From Amoebophrya sp. A120 (taxonomy: Eukaryota > Protista > Dinoflagellata): 64,000 nt of DNA. Positions 1 through 12,743 of this stretch are shown one piece after another. Under the pieces are notes generated by a model. That model was not told the DNA's origin. It ran no database searches and worked only from the letters and a program-made list of their open reading frames with translations. The stretch lies in NCBI GenBank assembly GCA_905178155.1, contig CAJINV010000021.1:349760-413759 (forward strand). The letters run 5' to 3'. The translations under genes were made by a program, and so were the position numbers. Each line of letters opens with the position of its first letter. The stretch's first letter is position 1.

Positions 1-3000
1 AGGAAAATCAAAGCACCAGACGGGGGTCACCAACAAAGAATTTTTCTACACACGTCGTGAGGACTGCACGTCGACCAGTGATGGAAAAGGAAATGGCAAC
101 AGTGATCTTTTCCTTTGCGGCGAAAAGGAAAATTCGACCGGAGCAGTGGTTCCTGCTGTGGTGACAGCAGGCAAGGACTGCGCGTATAACGTGAACCATC
201 CCGCGAATTACTCAGTGCGGACGAAACTACAAAATGCTATTAGCAACCAGTCTCAGTCAAAGGGAGAACTCCAGGCGGGAGATGGTTCTGAAGGAGGGGC
301 AGCGGGGGATCACAGGCGGCAGATGCGAGGAGGACACGACCACCAGCCGCAAACGGTAACACAGAAGGAGCAAGTGGTGCCTGCAAAGAGTATCCTCTGC
401 AAAAGTATCGTCTAATTGTGGCCATACATGTCAGACTCAGATCTGCTTTCTCATTCTCACATGAATCTGAGTGACGAAGTCCACTGACTTTGTTTCCCTC
501 TTGACAAAAAATGTGATGAAGATGCAGCTGTAAAGTGCTTTTCCTTTTCCACCTCCAGTAAAATAAAGTAGTACGATAGTAATAGTTAACAGTACTTTTG
601 CATTTGCATAAAGATTGGCTCGAGGCCGCAACTTGTTCCGGAAGTAGATCAAGATCTGCGCATTCGGCAGAAAAAGACCGACTTTATTGTGGTGGCTTCC
701 ACTAGGCTGCAATCGGGGCTCGAGGAGCCGGAGTTGGAAACACTGGCAGAATATCAAATGCAGAAATGTCTGGGTCTGGAATGTTGCCGGGTTTGTCATG
801 CATATTTTGCATGACCCAGGAGCAGGATGTCTGTAATGCACGACCTAGCATCACAGATTTTTAGGGGGCTTTCTGGCGCGTATTCCGCATGAGAAATGCC
901 CTTTCCGTGTGGCACAAAGTAGACTTCTCTTGCTGGTCAGGCAATACAGATTTTTTCAGAGTCCACCAAAGCTAGCATCACAAGTTCCAACCTTCCAGAC
1001 CCAGACACTTTTGCATTTGATACAGAAGAGCTGGGGTTGGACTACATCGTGGAATCTCTCCCACCGCATCCGGAATCGCTGTCCGCTATCTGGTATGCAG
1101 TGCAAAAGCATCGTGCTAGTATAAATTGCAATACAAATTGGCTCAGCATTACAAGTTAAATTTGTGATGCGGATTTCCCTTAGCACTAAGATTTGTATAT
1201 GCATAAATGTACTTCGTTAGAAGTACGAGTGCGATACTTTTGCAGTTCATATCTGGGACCCCGAGGGGATCCGCGTGAGGATCTTGAAGCAATACGTGGC
1301 GGAGCAGGATCAAGATCAACAGCAGCGACAAGGACGTCGCGGGGAGCACCTCGTGCTGATGTGCGGACGAACCACGAGCGGACTTCCCCGGTCATTCAAT
1401 AATCGCCGCGGGGATTCTGCTTCTGGTTCTTGTTTGCGGGCCGCGGACGGACACGGAGTAACATCAAGTACTACTACCTTCGAACGCCGCGGCGGGCGGG
1501 GGAAGAACGCCAACGCGGGTGGTCATGGACGGGGGGAATTGAAACTGCTGATCTGCTGTCTGCAGGGAACCAGTCACATCCAGGCCTTCGCACGGGTCCA
1601 ATACGCGTTCGATCGATTACATCGCATTAACAGTGACGTTTGCCGACGGTTCTCATTTGTTACAGCTGCTCACCAGCAAAGCCGGCTGCTGCGGCGCTCC
1701 ATGGTGATTTCCATCCCGAAGGACATCCTTATGGGACTCTCAAACGTTACATTCTCAACTGTTACATGATTTGTCATGCAAAATGAACATCAACATCCCA
1801 CAAGGTGAAACTACTTCGCATGACAAATTTTTGAAAGGCTAAACAGCGCCTAAATCTGTGCGGAATTTGTAATGCTACAGGTGCGCCCTCCCTGCTTTGA
1901 CTTTTGCCATTCTTGCATCACAAATTCATGTAACAGTTGAGAATGTACTAACAGTTGAGAACGCCATAATCCTCAGCCAGCAACTGGAGGTCTACAACGT
2001 CCCGCGAAAGGATGGCGCTGCCTCCGACGGGGCTGACGCCGAGTCCTTGCTGCCGGTCTGTGGGTACTTCTACACGGGTAGTACTAGTAGTACTGTCGAT
2101 AGTAGAACTGTCGAGCCAGCAGCTGTTATTGAGAAGAGGAAGGAGCAAGACGCCGTGCCTGAAGATAATTCATCTCGTGAACTTCCTCAACACGATGAGC
2201 ACGAGAAAAATACCGTCCCGGTGTTCGAGCATGATGTTGATAACAGCAACTCTAGTATCAAAGATGCAGGCAAAAAATCTACAACTTTCGCGCCAGCTGA
2301 TGCAAAAATCATGCCCACGACCGGCACCTCAACCTCTTTGAAGAAGTCCGCACCGAAGACGGCGAGATTCTTCGTGAAAGAGCAGATAAGGCATCACAGT
2401 GGTCCTACTGTACTAGCCGGACCTCCACCTCCCACACAGCAGCCCCATGTTGAAGATAATCATATTAACGGTGATAAGGTACAAGCAGGGACGATGAGGA
2501 TAAACAACCTGGTCAACAGCAATATTCGAACCGAGCCTGATCAACATCTTGCAACATCAGAAAGGATTGGTGCGCCGACGTCGAGTACTAGTTCTAACTA
2601 TAGTAATGACGATGTCGCCCGTGCCTTGCAGCTGTTCCCTTCCCCACCAGACGAGTTCCAAAATCTAACTTTGGGCGAGGCGTGGGAGTATTGGTTTGAC
2701 TATGTGCGTAATTACGAGAAGCAGGAGGACGAGGACCACCATTCCGACTACAGAGGACCCGGCTGCACAACTGGGAAAGCAGCAATTACAACGCGTGCCA
2801 CGTTCTTTAAGGGTGATGAGGACCACAAGCAAAAAATAAATTCAGACTGTCCGCCCCCGTTTCCACCGACAATTTCGTCCACTAGCACCGCTGCTACGAA
2901 GTTGTACGCGAATAAGACCGGCGCGGGCGGGCGATGGCTTTGCATTGTCCAGGACAAGAAGAGCAGCTCGAAAGTACTGGAAGAAGTTCATGGGGACGCA

Positions 3001-6000
3001 GTCGCAGGTCCGACCAGGACAACTTGCTCGTCGTCGTCCGATCAGTCGAACAGCAAGCAGCAGGCTTTCATCTCCATCCGGCGCCTGCGTATGATTCTGC
3101 AGGGCCGCAATGTCCGCAGCGCGGCGCAACGGTACGCGAGGTTCCACGTTACCGAGGTGCCCCATTTGTCTCTGAACAGCGCGGGGGCTTCCTCGCCAGG
3201 TCCTGCAGGAGGGCTCTCTTGTCATCTACAACGTGGCAGCAGTACTAGTTCAAGCTCGTGTTCTGCTACCGAGGCCGACAATTGTTGGGCGACAGGAGAG
3301 CATTATAACCAGGACAACGCCAACGTGAATAAAGGAGCAGGGGCACCATCAATTTATAACGGTAAAAACGGCAAGATGATGATGAGAAAGAACCAGCGCA
3401 CCCCACGACCGGAGCAGTTCACCCTGAGGCCGGGCTGCCTGTGGCGCGTCGACGGGGTGCAGGAGTCGGCGGACGGGAGGTGCCTGGAGTACACGCTGAG
3501 TTTTTCTCTGTCGACAAACTTGAAAGTGGGCACTCTAGCGGCGGGCGGTGCGACTGCGACAACCTCCACGACCTGTGGTTCGTCGATCATGTCCTCTTCA
3601 TCCGAGGTGGATCTTCAGCGACGCGCAGAACATGCTGGGGCGAGCAGGAGCGTTGGAGGACCTGGACCACCGGGAGCTGCAGCTGTGCCTTCGGTAGTTT
3701 CGGACGTCGAGGGGCCGCATTGTTCGGCCGGCAAGAAAAGGGCCCTTGTCTCGTATGATGTGTTCAAAACCCCGCAAAAGGCGCAAGCTGCAGGGAACAA
3801 TTTCTGTCCCGCTACAGCAAGAACTACTACTTTCGGCGAGGATATTAAGGGCCAGAAGCTACCTTACGGACAGCACCAGCACACCCGCCCGCAGCATAAC
3901 GGAGACGTGGGTCAACATCGACAAGCACAAGCTCCCGCTGGGACGACAGGAGGACAGCGCGAAGAAGGACAACAGCTAGAGCCCCCGCGAAACAAGCACA
4001 AGGCGAAGGACCATCCCCGTGTTGGGGTGCTTGCGAGTTTGCACGATTGGAAGAAGCACCGGAAGATCGCGCTGAAGGTGAAAAACACGTTTTTTCATGT
4101 GGATGAGCCGGCGGTGGAGTCATCGGACGATGAGGTTGTTGTATCTTCTTCATCTACAACTACTTCAAGAGGAAATTCTTCAGGAACAACAAGTAATGCA
4201 AAGACGTTGCACGCCGACATCGGCGAGGAGGAGGACCAGGACCACACAACTGAGCGCCGTGATCAGCAACAACATCCTCGCCTTCGTCCACCTCCCGGAC
4301 GATCCCCGCCGCGGCACGGCTGCGACAAGCAAGTGCGGTCTCGCAGCTTGCAGCCGGACGAACTGAGGCTGACCTCTGCGAGGCGATGCTTACTCACGGA
4401 GTTCTTTGAGGATAGTACGACGTCGAAGATGTTGACACCGCCGCGGGGCCGCGGCGGAGGCGAAGATGCTGAGGTGGAGAAGAATGCTGTTTATGAACAC
4501 TATAATAATTTGATGTCCCCGCCGCGCGACGAGGAGCTGCAAGAATATGAAGACTCTAGGTACAACTGGAATTATGTTGAAACAACGCCAACGGCGCTCG
4601 GCGGAATCAACGACTTCTACTCGTCTAATTCGATGTCAGTGGAGGTCGAGAAGAATTTTTATCCACACGAGGACGAGGGGGAGGAGGAGCAGCTGCACAC
4701 GTCGCGCAGGAGCTTAATAAAGAAGATGCACAACAATTTATATAACAACCACAATATGAACAACATTCAGAGTCAACAGCAGCAGTTGCAGCACTACAAC
4801 CATTACCATGACTGCCGCGGCAGAATGGAGCAGCAATCTATGGCGCTGGCGTGGGAAAGTGTCGCTTTACCGGGCCGACGGTTGTTCGCGGATGGTCCGC
4901 CTCCCGAACGGATCTGGAAGCAGAGCAGCGGGTTTAACCAATGGACCAGCGAGAACATCACCATTGTGGTCACCTGTACGCACCTGGGGTTTGGAGACCT
5001 CTGGATGAAGCTCTGGCTCGCGGGCTACGAACCCGCGGACAACGTGGCGGCCGAGCGCATTGTGAAAAGTGTCGACGGCTGGTCGCAGATGTGCGGGGAC
5101 ATGTGCAACTTGTTGGCTGAAAAGGAAAAGCTGCAGAGCCAAAAAGAGAAAGTGCGTCGAATGATGAAGAACAAACTAGCTTCGTCCACCTCGACTGGTG
5201 GTCCTTGTTGTGCGGAGACAGAAAGATCGATCCACTCGTCATCTTCGTCGGTGGCGGGCGACGCGATGCTGACCGGAATGCATACGAGTGCTGTTAGCGA
5301 GAATACAACGCACCACGAGGAGGACAACGATGAAAATGAATCGGAACATCAATCCACAACGACGCTGAAGAAAACAACTGCAGATGAAACTACATCAGGA
5401 GATCATGACCTTCTTCTACACGAACAAGAAAAGTTTTCACAGATAGTCATCCGCCTGAGAAACTGCAGTGAGGAAATTGCGCAACTGAAGCACAAGATGC
5501 GTTTGCACGGGCTCCGCGAGATCAATGTGGAATATTGGCGGGAGCAGGATGCGTATATCCAGTACCGCCACCTGCCCCACATCTTGTGTCCCCCGACTCC
5601 GACATCCCCTTACAAGAAGAACAAGAGCCGGTCCATTTTTCGCAAGGTGATGCCCAGCGAGCGCAGCACCTCGGTGCAGGTGTGTCAGGATTTGGCGGCT
5701 TTGTCTTACCCGGACAAGACTTTTCTCACGGGCGTGATCTTTGACTCGGAGGCCATTTGCGCCACCTCCGACGGGTACGAACAAAGTAAGAATAACGGAG
5801 GTATGCTAGACAGCGCCAGTGGTAGAAATATGTATCAAATGCAAACACGTCTGGGTCTGGAAGATTCATCCGAGATTTGTCATGCAGTTTTTCCAAGCTC
5901 CGCCAAATCTGGAATGCAGGCCCTAGCATCGCAGGATCTGCAGCGCCTTGGTCGTGATGCCCATTCTGTATGAGAATGCCCTCTCTGGGGCGTGGCGAGA

Positions 6001-7051
6001 AATGGGGACCTTTTGCAAGTCATGCAACACGACAGATTTTAATTTTTGTATGATCCGCAACACGCATCACAAGTTCGCATCCTTCTAGACCCAGACTCAT
6101 TTTTGCAGTTGATAACATGCTGCCCACGTCGATGATCGGGAGTAGCAGTTGCACATCAACTACGAGCTGCAGCAGCTCAACAAGTTCAGTAGTAAATAAC
6201 TCTGCAATTATATCTGAGAAGGGACGAATTATGGAAAATAAAACTGTCGACGTGGAGGCATCAAGTAGCTGCGCATCATCTTCCAACAGCACCTCCGGTC
6301 GGAAAAACCCTTTCCAAGAGGCGGGACAAACCCACCTGAAGGCGGTGGAGTCTTTCCGAATGCTTATGGAGGCGTGTCGTATGAACTGCAAAAATGTCTG
6401 GGTCTGGAAGATTGCCAGGTTTGTCATGCATATTGTCCAGCATGACCCATGATGTCTGTGATGCATGCCTTAGCATCACAGATTCTGCGAGGGCTTTCTG
6501 ATGCTCATACAGCATGAGAAGTGCCGTCTCTGCGTAGCAAAAACTGGACCTATTTTGCTCTTCACGCAATACAGATTTTATGCAGAGTCCAGACGTAGCA
6601 TTACAAGTTGTATCCTTCCAGACCCAGACATATTTGCAAGGCATATGTCGCAAGCTGGCGCAAAACCGCCAGGGCTTTTCCGTGGTGAGTTTGCGGAAGG
6701 TGGGCGTCGGAGTCGAGGGGATCCAGGAGTGGAACCGGTTTCGGGGCGTATGCATTGCAAAAGTTAATAAAGTATCGTGCTAGAAGATGAAGTTGTACAA
6801 GAAATCGCATGACAAACGTTGCCAAAAGGAAAAATGGAACTTGTCACGCCGAATAAGGAATGTCATGCGAGACAACTTGTCATGCGAGACAACTTGCATA
6901 TATATGTTTATACGAAAGCAGCGACCGACATCATTTTTGCACAGCATACGCCACGATTCGCGCGCATTTTGCTCGGGACGGCGAGGAGCACGACGAGCAC
7001 CCGACCTCCAGCTACCAAATCCTGAATTGGGTTATCCTTAGGAAAAAATAA
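1..7051 (+). CDS. Large low-complexity hypothetical protein, 5'-partial, interrupted by 7 introners
   Basis: Frame open from position 2. Removing each element plus one direct repeat joins ORFs 146, 1275, 1897, 6117, 6580 and 6860 in frame (VVPAK|IGSR, TLAE|ELGL, SAIW|DPEG, PKDIL|SQQL, GRNM|LPTS, MEACR|KLAQ, RG|ATIR...RKK*). Confidence 0.75.
391..610. mobile_element. Introner, family B (degenerate)
   Basis: tatcctctgcaaaagta...tacttttgcatttgcata; flanks aagag/aagat; removal restores frame. Confidence 0.75.
752..1022. mobile_element. Introner, family A
   Basis: TIR tatcaaatgcagaaatgtctgggtctggaa / ttccagacccagacacttttgcatttgata; perfect direct repeat cagaa. Confidence 0.95.
1094..1251. mobile_element. 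Introner, family B
   Basis: tatgcagtgcaaaagcatcg...cgatacttttgcagttcata; perfect direct repeat tctgg. Confidence 0.95.
1730..1968. mobile_element. Introner, family C
   Basis: tatgggactctcaaacgttacattctcaactgttacatga...tcatgtaacagttgagaatgt...gttgagaacgccata; perfect direct repeat atcct. Confidence 0.93.
5833..6114. mobile_element. Introner, family A
   Basis: tatcaaatgcaaacacgtctgggtctggaag...ctagacccagactcatttttgcagttgata; flanks atatg/acatg. Confidence 0.92.
6380..6645. mobile_element. Introner, family A
   Basis: tatgaactgcaaaaatgtctgggtctggaag...cttccagacccagacatatttgcaaggcata; perfect direct repeat tgtcg. Confidence 0.95.
6749..6948. mobile_element. Introner, family B (degenerate)
   Basis: tatgcattgcaaaag...tttttgcacagcata; direct repeat eroded (gggcg/cgcca), but a 2- or 5-nt offset join restores the frame. 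Confidence 0.75.
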
Positions 7052-8860
7052 CCTATGATCTTCGTCCCATCGATGATCCAATTTCTCATGCAAGCATGTT
7101 TTGTACATACATAAATGCACACCCTAGTGCATCATCTAAGATGATGTACCAGGGTGTCGTATGCATTTATGCAAAAATCAAAGTAGTTACAGGGAGACGA
7201 CGATGACCACGGTTTTTTTTCCTGTGGATCTAAGTCGAGGGCTTCATTCTCGGTGCTGCAGCTAAGGAGCGCGCGGAGCGAGGCATCATCGATTGTCCTC
7301 GTGCAGAAGGAGGCAAGAACGTACAGAACTTTTCGCATCAGCACGCAGGAGCGACTGCTGCACTGGACCGACAAGCCGCATCGGAAAACGTTGCCGTCTA
7401 CATGGGCCCGTACGGCATTCCATTTTTTCTCATCGGGAAAGACAGCAAGGCACTCTACACTATCACGCCATTCACGGGGCTCGCAAAAATTGGAATGATT
7501 TTGACAGGAGTAGGCGGTGGTAATAAAGGCGATGGTGGAGGTTGTTCTGATAAATGATGACTTGAGGATTTTGAAGTTGTACAACTAAACGAAAATAATC
7601 AAAATTATCATGCTTTGGCTCTAGATTGAGCCAGTGCCAGCGGATAAGGATAAGGAAAAGGATAAGGAACTACTGCTTAACAGTGTACAAGAACTTCAAT
7701 TTCTACGACGACATCGTAAGAACTTTAAATGCTTAATGAGCCCGAGGAGTGGAGCGTCGAGTAGGGGGCGGCCATCTCATACTTGTAATCGCCTTTTTCG
7801 CGGGCTAAGGCTATTTTGAAGTTCTAGTTCTACTTCTAACCACAGGACTACGGGCGGAAAAATAATTTCTCAAAGAACAAGCAGAGTTGAGAACTATAAC
7901 TAGTCTCAATATCAATTAGTAAGCGTCCTGAATACCGGTCCGGCGTTTTGAAGTAGTAAATCCAGGAAGCGGAAGGACGATGGCACGACAGATGATTCTG
8001 GCGGTAGCATCTCGTCGTGTTCTTCAAAATCCTTTATCACTCCCTTTTTTTCCATCTTCATGTTCATGCCTGTACAGGTACACTAAGCCTTCGGTATCGG
8101 TTCGTACATCTAAATCTAAGTGCAGAAGTACGAGTGGAATTGCTCCTTCGCATTATAGAAACTCTAACTACTGCGCACAAACAATCGGCACCGCTTAATA
8201 TTGAACCTGCACCTGAAAAAAGTGCTGCTGTGAAAAAAATATTAAGTACGTAAAAACAAATACGAAAACAAAAATTTTTTTCGTGAAGGGGCGTGGTTGT
8301 CGAACATACAAACATCCTCCTCCTGCTTCAAGATAGTGCTGCGATAAGGACAACAATAATAACCTTCTCAGCTGCTCTCTGCTCAATGTTATTGCTGTAA
8401 TGCGTAGCTTCTCGGAACCTGTTGGTCGGCCCGGAGACCACAAACCTGCTCAACAAGTATTTGAAAGGATGGTTTTTGATCTTTCAGTAAGTTTTTCCGA
8501 CATTGTTTATACCTCAATGTCAATCCCAACAGCAAAAACAAAAATCGGATGTGCCTCCTGTGAAGGATTGAATGTGTGTAGTTTGTGCAAATAAAATTTG
8601 AACGAAACACTTCAGCAGATAGATTTAGAATTTTTCAGATCCTTCAGCGCGCTGCGTTTTACCTACAACTTCCCGATCTAGTAACTCTTGGGATCCTCCA
8701 AACGTTCAGGCTGACGAGCTTGTTCGGGAGGTCGGGAGCTAGCACTGCAGGGCCCGCTTATGGTGCAAGCCCTGGGGCCCCCAAGATAGTAGTTTTTTGG
8801 CTTGAAGGATCTAAAAATGTAGACACAAAACGAGCAGCTTCACATTGCACCCCAAAATAG

Positions 8861-11168
8861 TCCAGCGGCACAACGACGAAATGTGAGAAAAACGCACTGA
8901 GGAATATTTTAACTCAGATCCATATGGAAGCGTCAGAATCGAAATCAACAAAATCGAAATAATTTGTGATGCATAAAATCGCTACCAGTTGGAGCCTCAC
9001 CCTCAGTTTTCAAGCGGCGCATGACAAATTTCGGAAGCACCGAATTCCAGTCTGTCATGCTGTTTGGGCAAAGCCAGTTAGGAGAGTACCAAAGTGAGGA
9101 AAAAAGGCCAAGGTTTGTAGACAACGTCATGTTTACAGTGTGGCTAGGGGTGGGCCACCCAGGTCAGCTAGGCATGGGAAGAACGACACACAACGCACAG
9201 ACGCCAAAAAAGAGCTACATGACCTGCCCAGTCTGTCAAAAGAAAGTAGTGCCAAGCACAGACCACTTGCTTTTTCAGTGCGAAGACCCTACGCTAGTGC
9301 AATTGCGAAAAGAACACTTAGGCGCGCCATGCATAAAAGCCATGGATCCATGCATAAGTTTCGTCCGGGAGCGAAAAAACGTGAAAAACGTCCTGAACTT
9401 CTACGAGAAGGCCTCGCAGACACACGGAGGAACTCTGCCCACGGGGCTAGCGAACGCGATCAGAGGGGGACAGACGGTTTTCGACGAGGCGGACTACAAG
9501 GATGTGGCAGAATGGCAACCGGAGAAAAAGCCGAGCAAGGTCCAGGAGGGGGACCTGAACAAAATAGCGAGCAGGATCGGGAGGCTCTAGGAGAGAGACC
9601 GCCAACACGAAAACGAACAAAGCCGACAAACTGCTACGAACGAGGGGACTACGCTCAGCCGGGCAACTTCTCCGAAAAACCTGCACCCAGAAAAACCCCA
9701 CCACCCTTCCCCCCTCGCTTTAGGTCTATCTGGAGGACATGACACCTCTGGCTGCAGGAGCAGTCCCGGGGTGTTAGCGCGGGAGGAGCGGAACCGGTGA
9801 CCAGCTGCGTCAGCCAGGGCACATCGAAACAGGTGGGCCTAGGGCAATGAGGGTGTGCCAAGCGGAAGGTGGTGGAGATGGGAACGGAGACAGAGTAGAA
9901 CTTGTTGAGGCGCTTGTTGAGGCGGTAAAGTAGGTAGAAGCGTGAAGCCACAGCGCATAGTTAAGAAGTTAGAGAGCATGACACTGCGAGGCTCGACCCG
10001 TCCTCGAACGGGGGCGGGTGAATGTAGCAAGCGGTGATCGTGATACAGAGGCTGTCGCTCGTCCGCCACACTAGTTTCCTAACAGCAAGAAGAAAAAACA
10101 AGACAAGGCGCCTAAGCTACTACTAAAGCTTACGTGGTAAAACAGTAGAATAGCCGCGCGCCGCACTCAACCCAGGGGACCCGCTGAACGACGGCCGAGA
10201 GCCCGCCCGGTGAGGAGTTTCCTTATGTTCGTGTTCGTCTGCCCTCCACCCACTGCAGAAGAGCAACCTTGCAGATTTGAACCAGGTCGATCTTTTTCAA
10301 AATCTCTGGTTAATTCACTCCGGTCCGCCTTGCTCTTTGAAGATCCGTGCGAAAAAGCACATGAAAAGCTGCTGCCATGGTGAAGAACGGTTAGTACAAG
10401 CGCAGGCCCTAGAGTGTAACATGAACGGAATCGGGCTACAAGGCCACAGGTAAATCACCCCTGCGTCTTCCGGTCGGCCTTTACGAAACTGACTACAAAA
10501 AACCGCGACGGTAGAAAGGGGGCGGTCTAGTCTACGGTCTAGATCGTCTCCACTACCATTCGAAAAAACGCAAGTCCCAGCTATAGTACAACAGGAGCGG
10601 CATCCGACCCGAGTGTAGTCAGCCGGACCATTTTTAGAAGACGTTGCGAGGTGGGCGGAGAGGCATCACGCGTGCAGTGGAACGAGAGGAAGGCCAGCGT
10701 TCAACTGTGTGATGTTCGTCGTATACTGTCCTGCCTAGTTCACTATGTAGGTTATCTCTCTCTCTCTCTCATGCTGTTTGGGCAAAAAAGGCTACCCCTG
10801 TCATGCTACTTCGGCAGCGCATCGTCTTCCCCTAAACAGGCTTGCAATCAGTCTCATTTGCCTGCTCCCCAATACAGGCCATACGTGCCCTGCATTTTAT
10901 GCATTACAAATTTTTCGATTTTGTCTATTTCGATCCTGACGCTTCCATAATCCATTTAAAGGATGATGGAAGTCGAACAATTTATATTTTACCTCCAATG
11001 AAGATTGCATTGCTCTCCCTCTTCAATGGTGACCTTGAACAAAAAGCGCTGTCATTTTTTGGTATGAATGATAAGACCCAGCAGAAAATGATAAGAAAAA
11101 TCCTGTATGTGAAAATGATTTGTCAAGGACGAGACCGAGACGAATACGTGCGGGCAAGACCGACCTAG
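8861..11168 (+). CDS. 3' part of a hypothetical protein gene that hosts the introner/LINE composite; upstream exons unresolved
   Basis: After a candidate acceptor (aaaatag at 8860) the frame reads SSGTTTKCEKNALRNILTQIH and continues LKDDGSRTIYILPP...RARPT* once 8923-10949 plus atcca is removed. Confidence 0.45.
8923..10949. mobile_element. Introner, family D, expanded to 2.0 kb by a nested LINE insertion
   Basis: TIR tatggaagcgtcagaatcgaaat / atttcgatcctgacgcttccata; perfect direct repeat atcca; 313 bp without the insert, matching the other D copies (306-311 bp). Confidence 0.93.
9073..10768 (+). mobile_element. 5'-truncated non-LTR retrotransposon (LINE) fragment
   Basis: Flanked by 18-bp duplication tcatgctgtttgggcaaa (9055-9072 and 10769-10786); (TC)n tail at 10755-10770; ORF remnant to 9590 with C-terminal CCHC motif CPVC-x9-HLLFQC typical of LINE ORF2. 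Confidence 0.85.
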
Positions 11169-12743
11169 AAATCGTTGCATCACCCATCCGTTGTTCATTC
11201 TTGCAGTTTAATGCCGCTTTGAGGAGGAAGTGGAAGCGTGATCGTAAAGACTTCCTGTGTGTCACGACTTCGTAATGTTGCAGTTCGCGTTTTCTGTAGC
11301 AAATGCCAGGATCGGACGAAAGTTGGAGAAGTTGTGTTGTTGCTATTGCCGTTGCGCTCTTGCTGTTGGATGGAGTTATTAAGAGCGAGAATTTGAATTT
11401 CTTCAGCAGCTGCCATGGTAATTATTCTGCTCTCGCTCTGCTGAAAAGTCTTAATTTAATTACAGTATTGAATACAACACCGATAATTACACATCGAGGA
11501 CTACTTTCAGTTCCAGCAGTTATGCCTGATCTATCTTGGACATAGACAAAAAGGGCGCTTGTTGTGGTTTTTAGGTCACGAGGAGGGAACCTCGGCGCCG
11601 GAGGAGAAGATCTAGCAGTCTAGTCGCACCACCTCCGCTCCTAAGGTCTTCACTACGACTAAACCGGAAGCATGTTCAACCAGAGGAGGTAGGAGACAGG
11701 AAATTTCCCTGTGATTTTTGCTGCGCACGTGGGCAGCCGCAGTGTGCTTTCTTCGGTCGCCTGGGCAGACGAGTGGTCGCAGCGCTGGTACGGTAGAGGA
11801 AAGGTGCCGCCGCGTGACTGTGAATCTCAACAGGGTTTTTCAGTGCTCGATAGGGTAGTCCAACAACCTCGTTGCGGGCCGGAGCTTAGTCGAAGCAGGA
11901 AAAATCGGTTCCTCTGCGAGCTGACTACATGGACGCATCTCTGGAAAGTCTCTTCTCGCTCGTCGACAGTGGCGCGCCGCAGTCTGGCATTGCTGGAGTC
12001 AATGTACTTATTTTTTGAACGAAACAATCAAAATTTTTTTAGACTGGGCTCGGACGTTTCACTTTTCGTTTTCTACGCCTTCGGTGATGGAACTGTACGC
12101 AGGATGATCGGCTTTAGCACTTTTCCAACAGCATGTACAATCTGCAGCGTCAGAGTTGGTAGAGTTGTCTAGTTCTTCACAGAAGCCCTCGATCCATGCT
12201 GTCTGAGGAGAAGATCTTTCAAAATTAATTTTGCGCGGTCTCGCAGCTCGATATTTTGATTTAGCAGTCAAGAGCATGAGCTGCTGGTGGTTCGTTGCGA
12301 CGTGTCAGCGCCTCTCCTACAGACGAAGATCTGCCGTGGCTTTACGTATTTCCAATTCATCCATTTCCATCATTTTTAACATCCAACATCTGGAGTTAAA
12401 ACAAAGCTCAAGCTGCGCTGATGCATTTTTTTACTTTGACGTTTGCCTTGAGTTTCGTTTCCAATTTGCAGTAGCCCTTTGCGAGTGCGTTAATAGTAGA
12501 CAAGAGTTTCCGAAGTCTTTGACTTCATATCGTTGTCTAGAAGTATACGTTTAAGTAGTACTTAGAGTTTGAGTTTCATGACACGAAATTTTGGTTCTGC
12601 CTGTGCATGTCTGTTTTTGGTCTGTGTCTTCACCAATCAAAATCTGTATTTCAAAAACTTATCGAAAGTTATAGTTGTGATTCGCCCACTTTCGCCGCAC
12701 ATTTGGATTTCGAAAGTTTGGCTTTGTTGCGCCGCATTATTTG

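Noticed and set aside
9140-9742. 200-aa alternative-frame ORF in the LINE fragment
   Set aside because: Overlaps the CCHC-bearing frame and has no motif; probably incidental.
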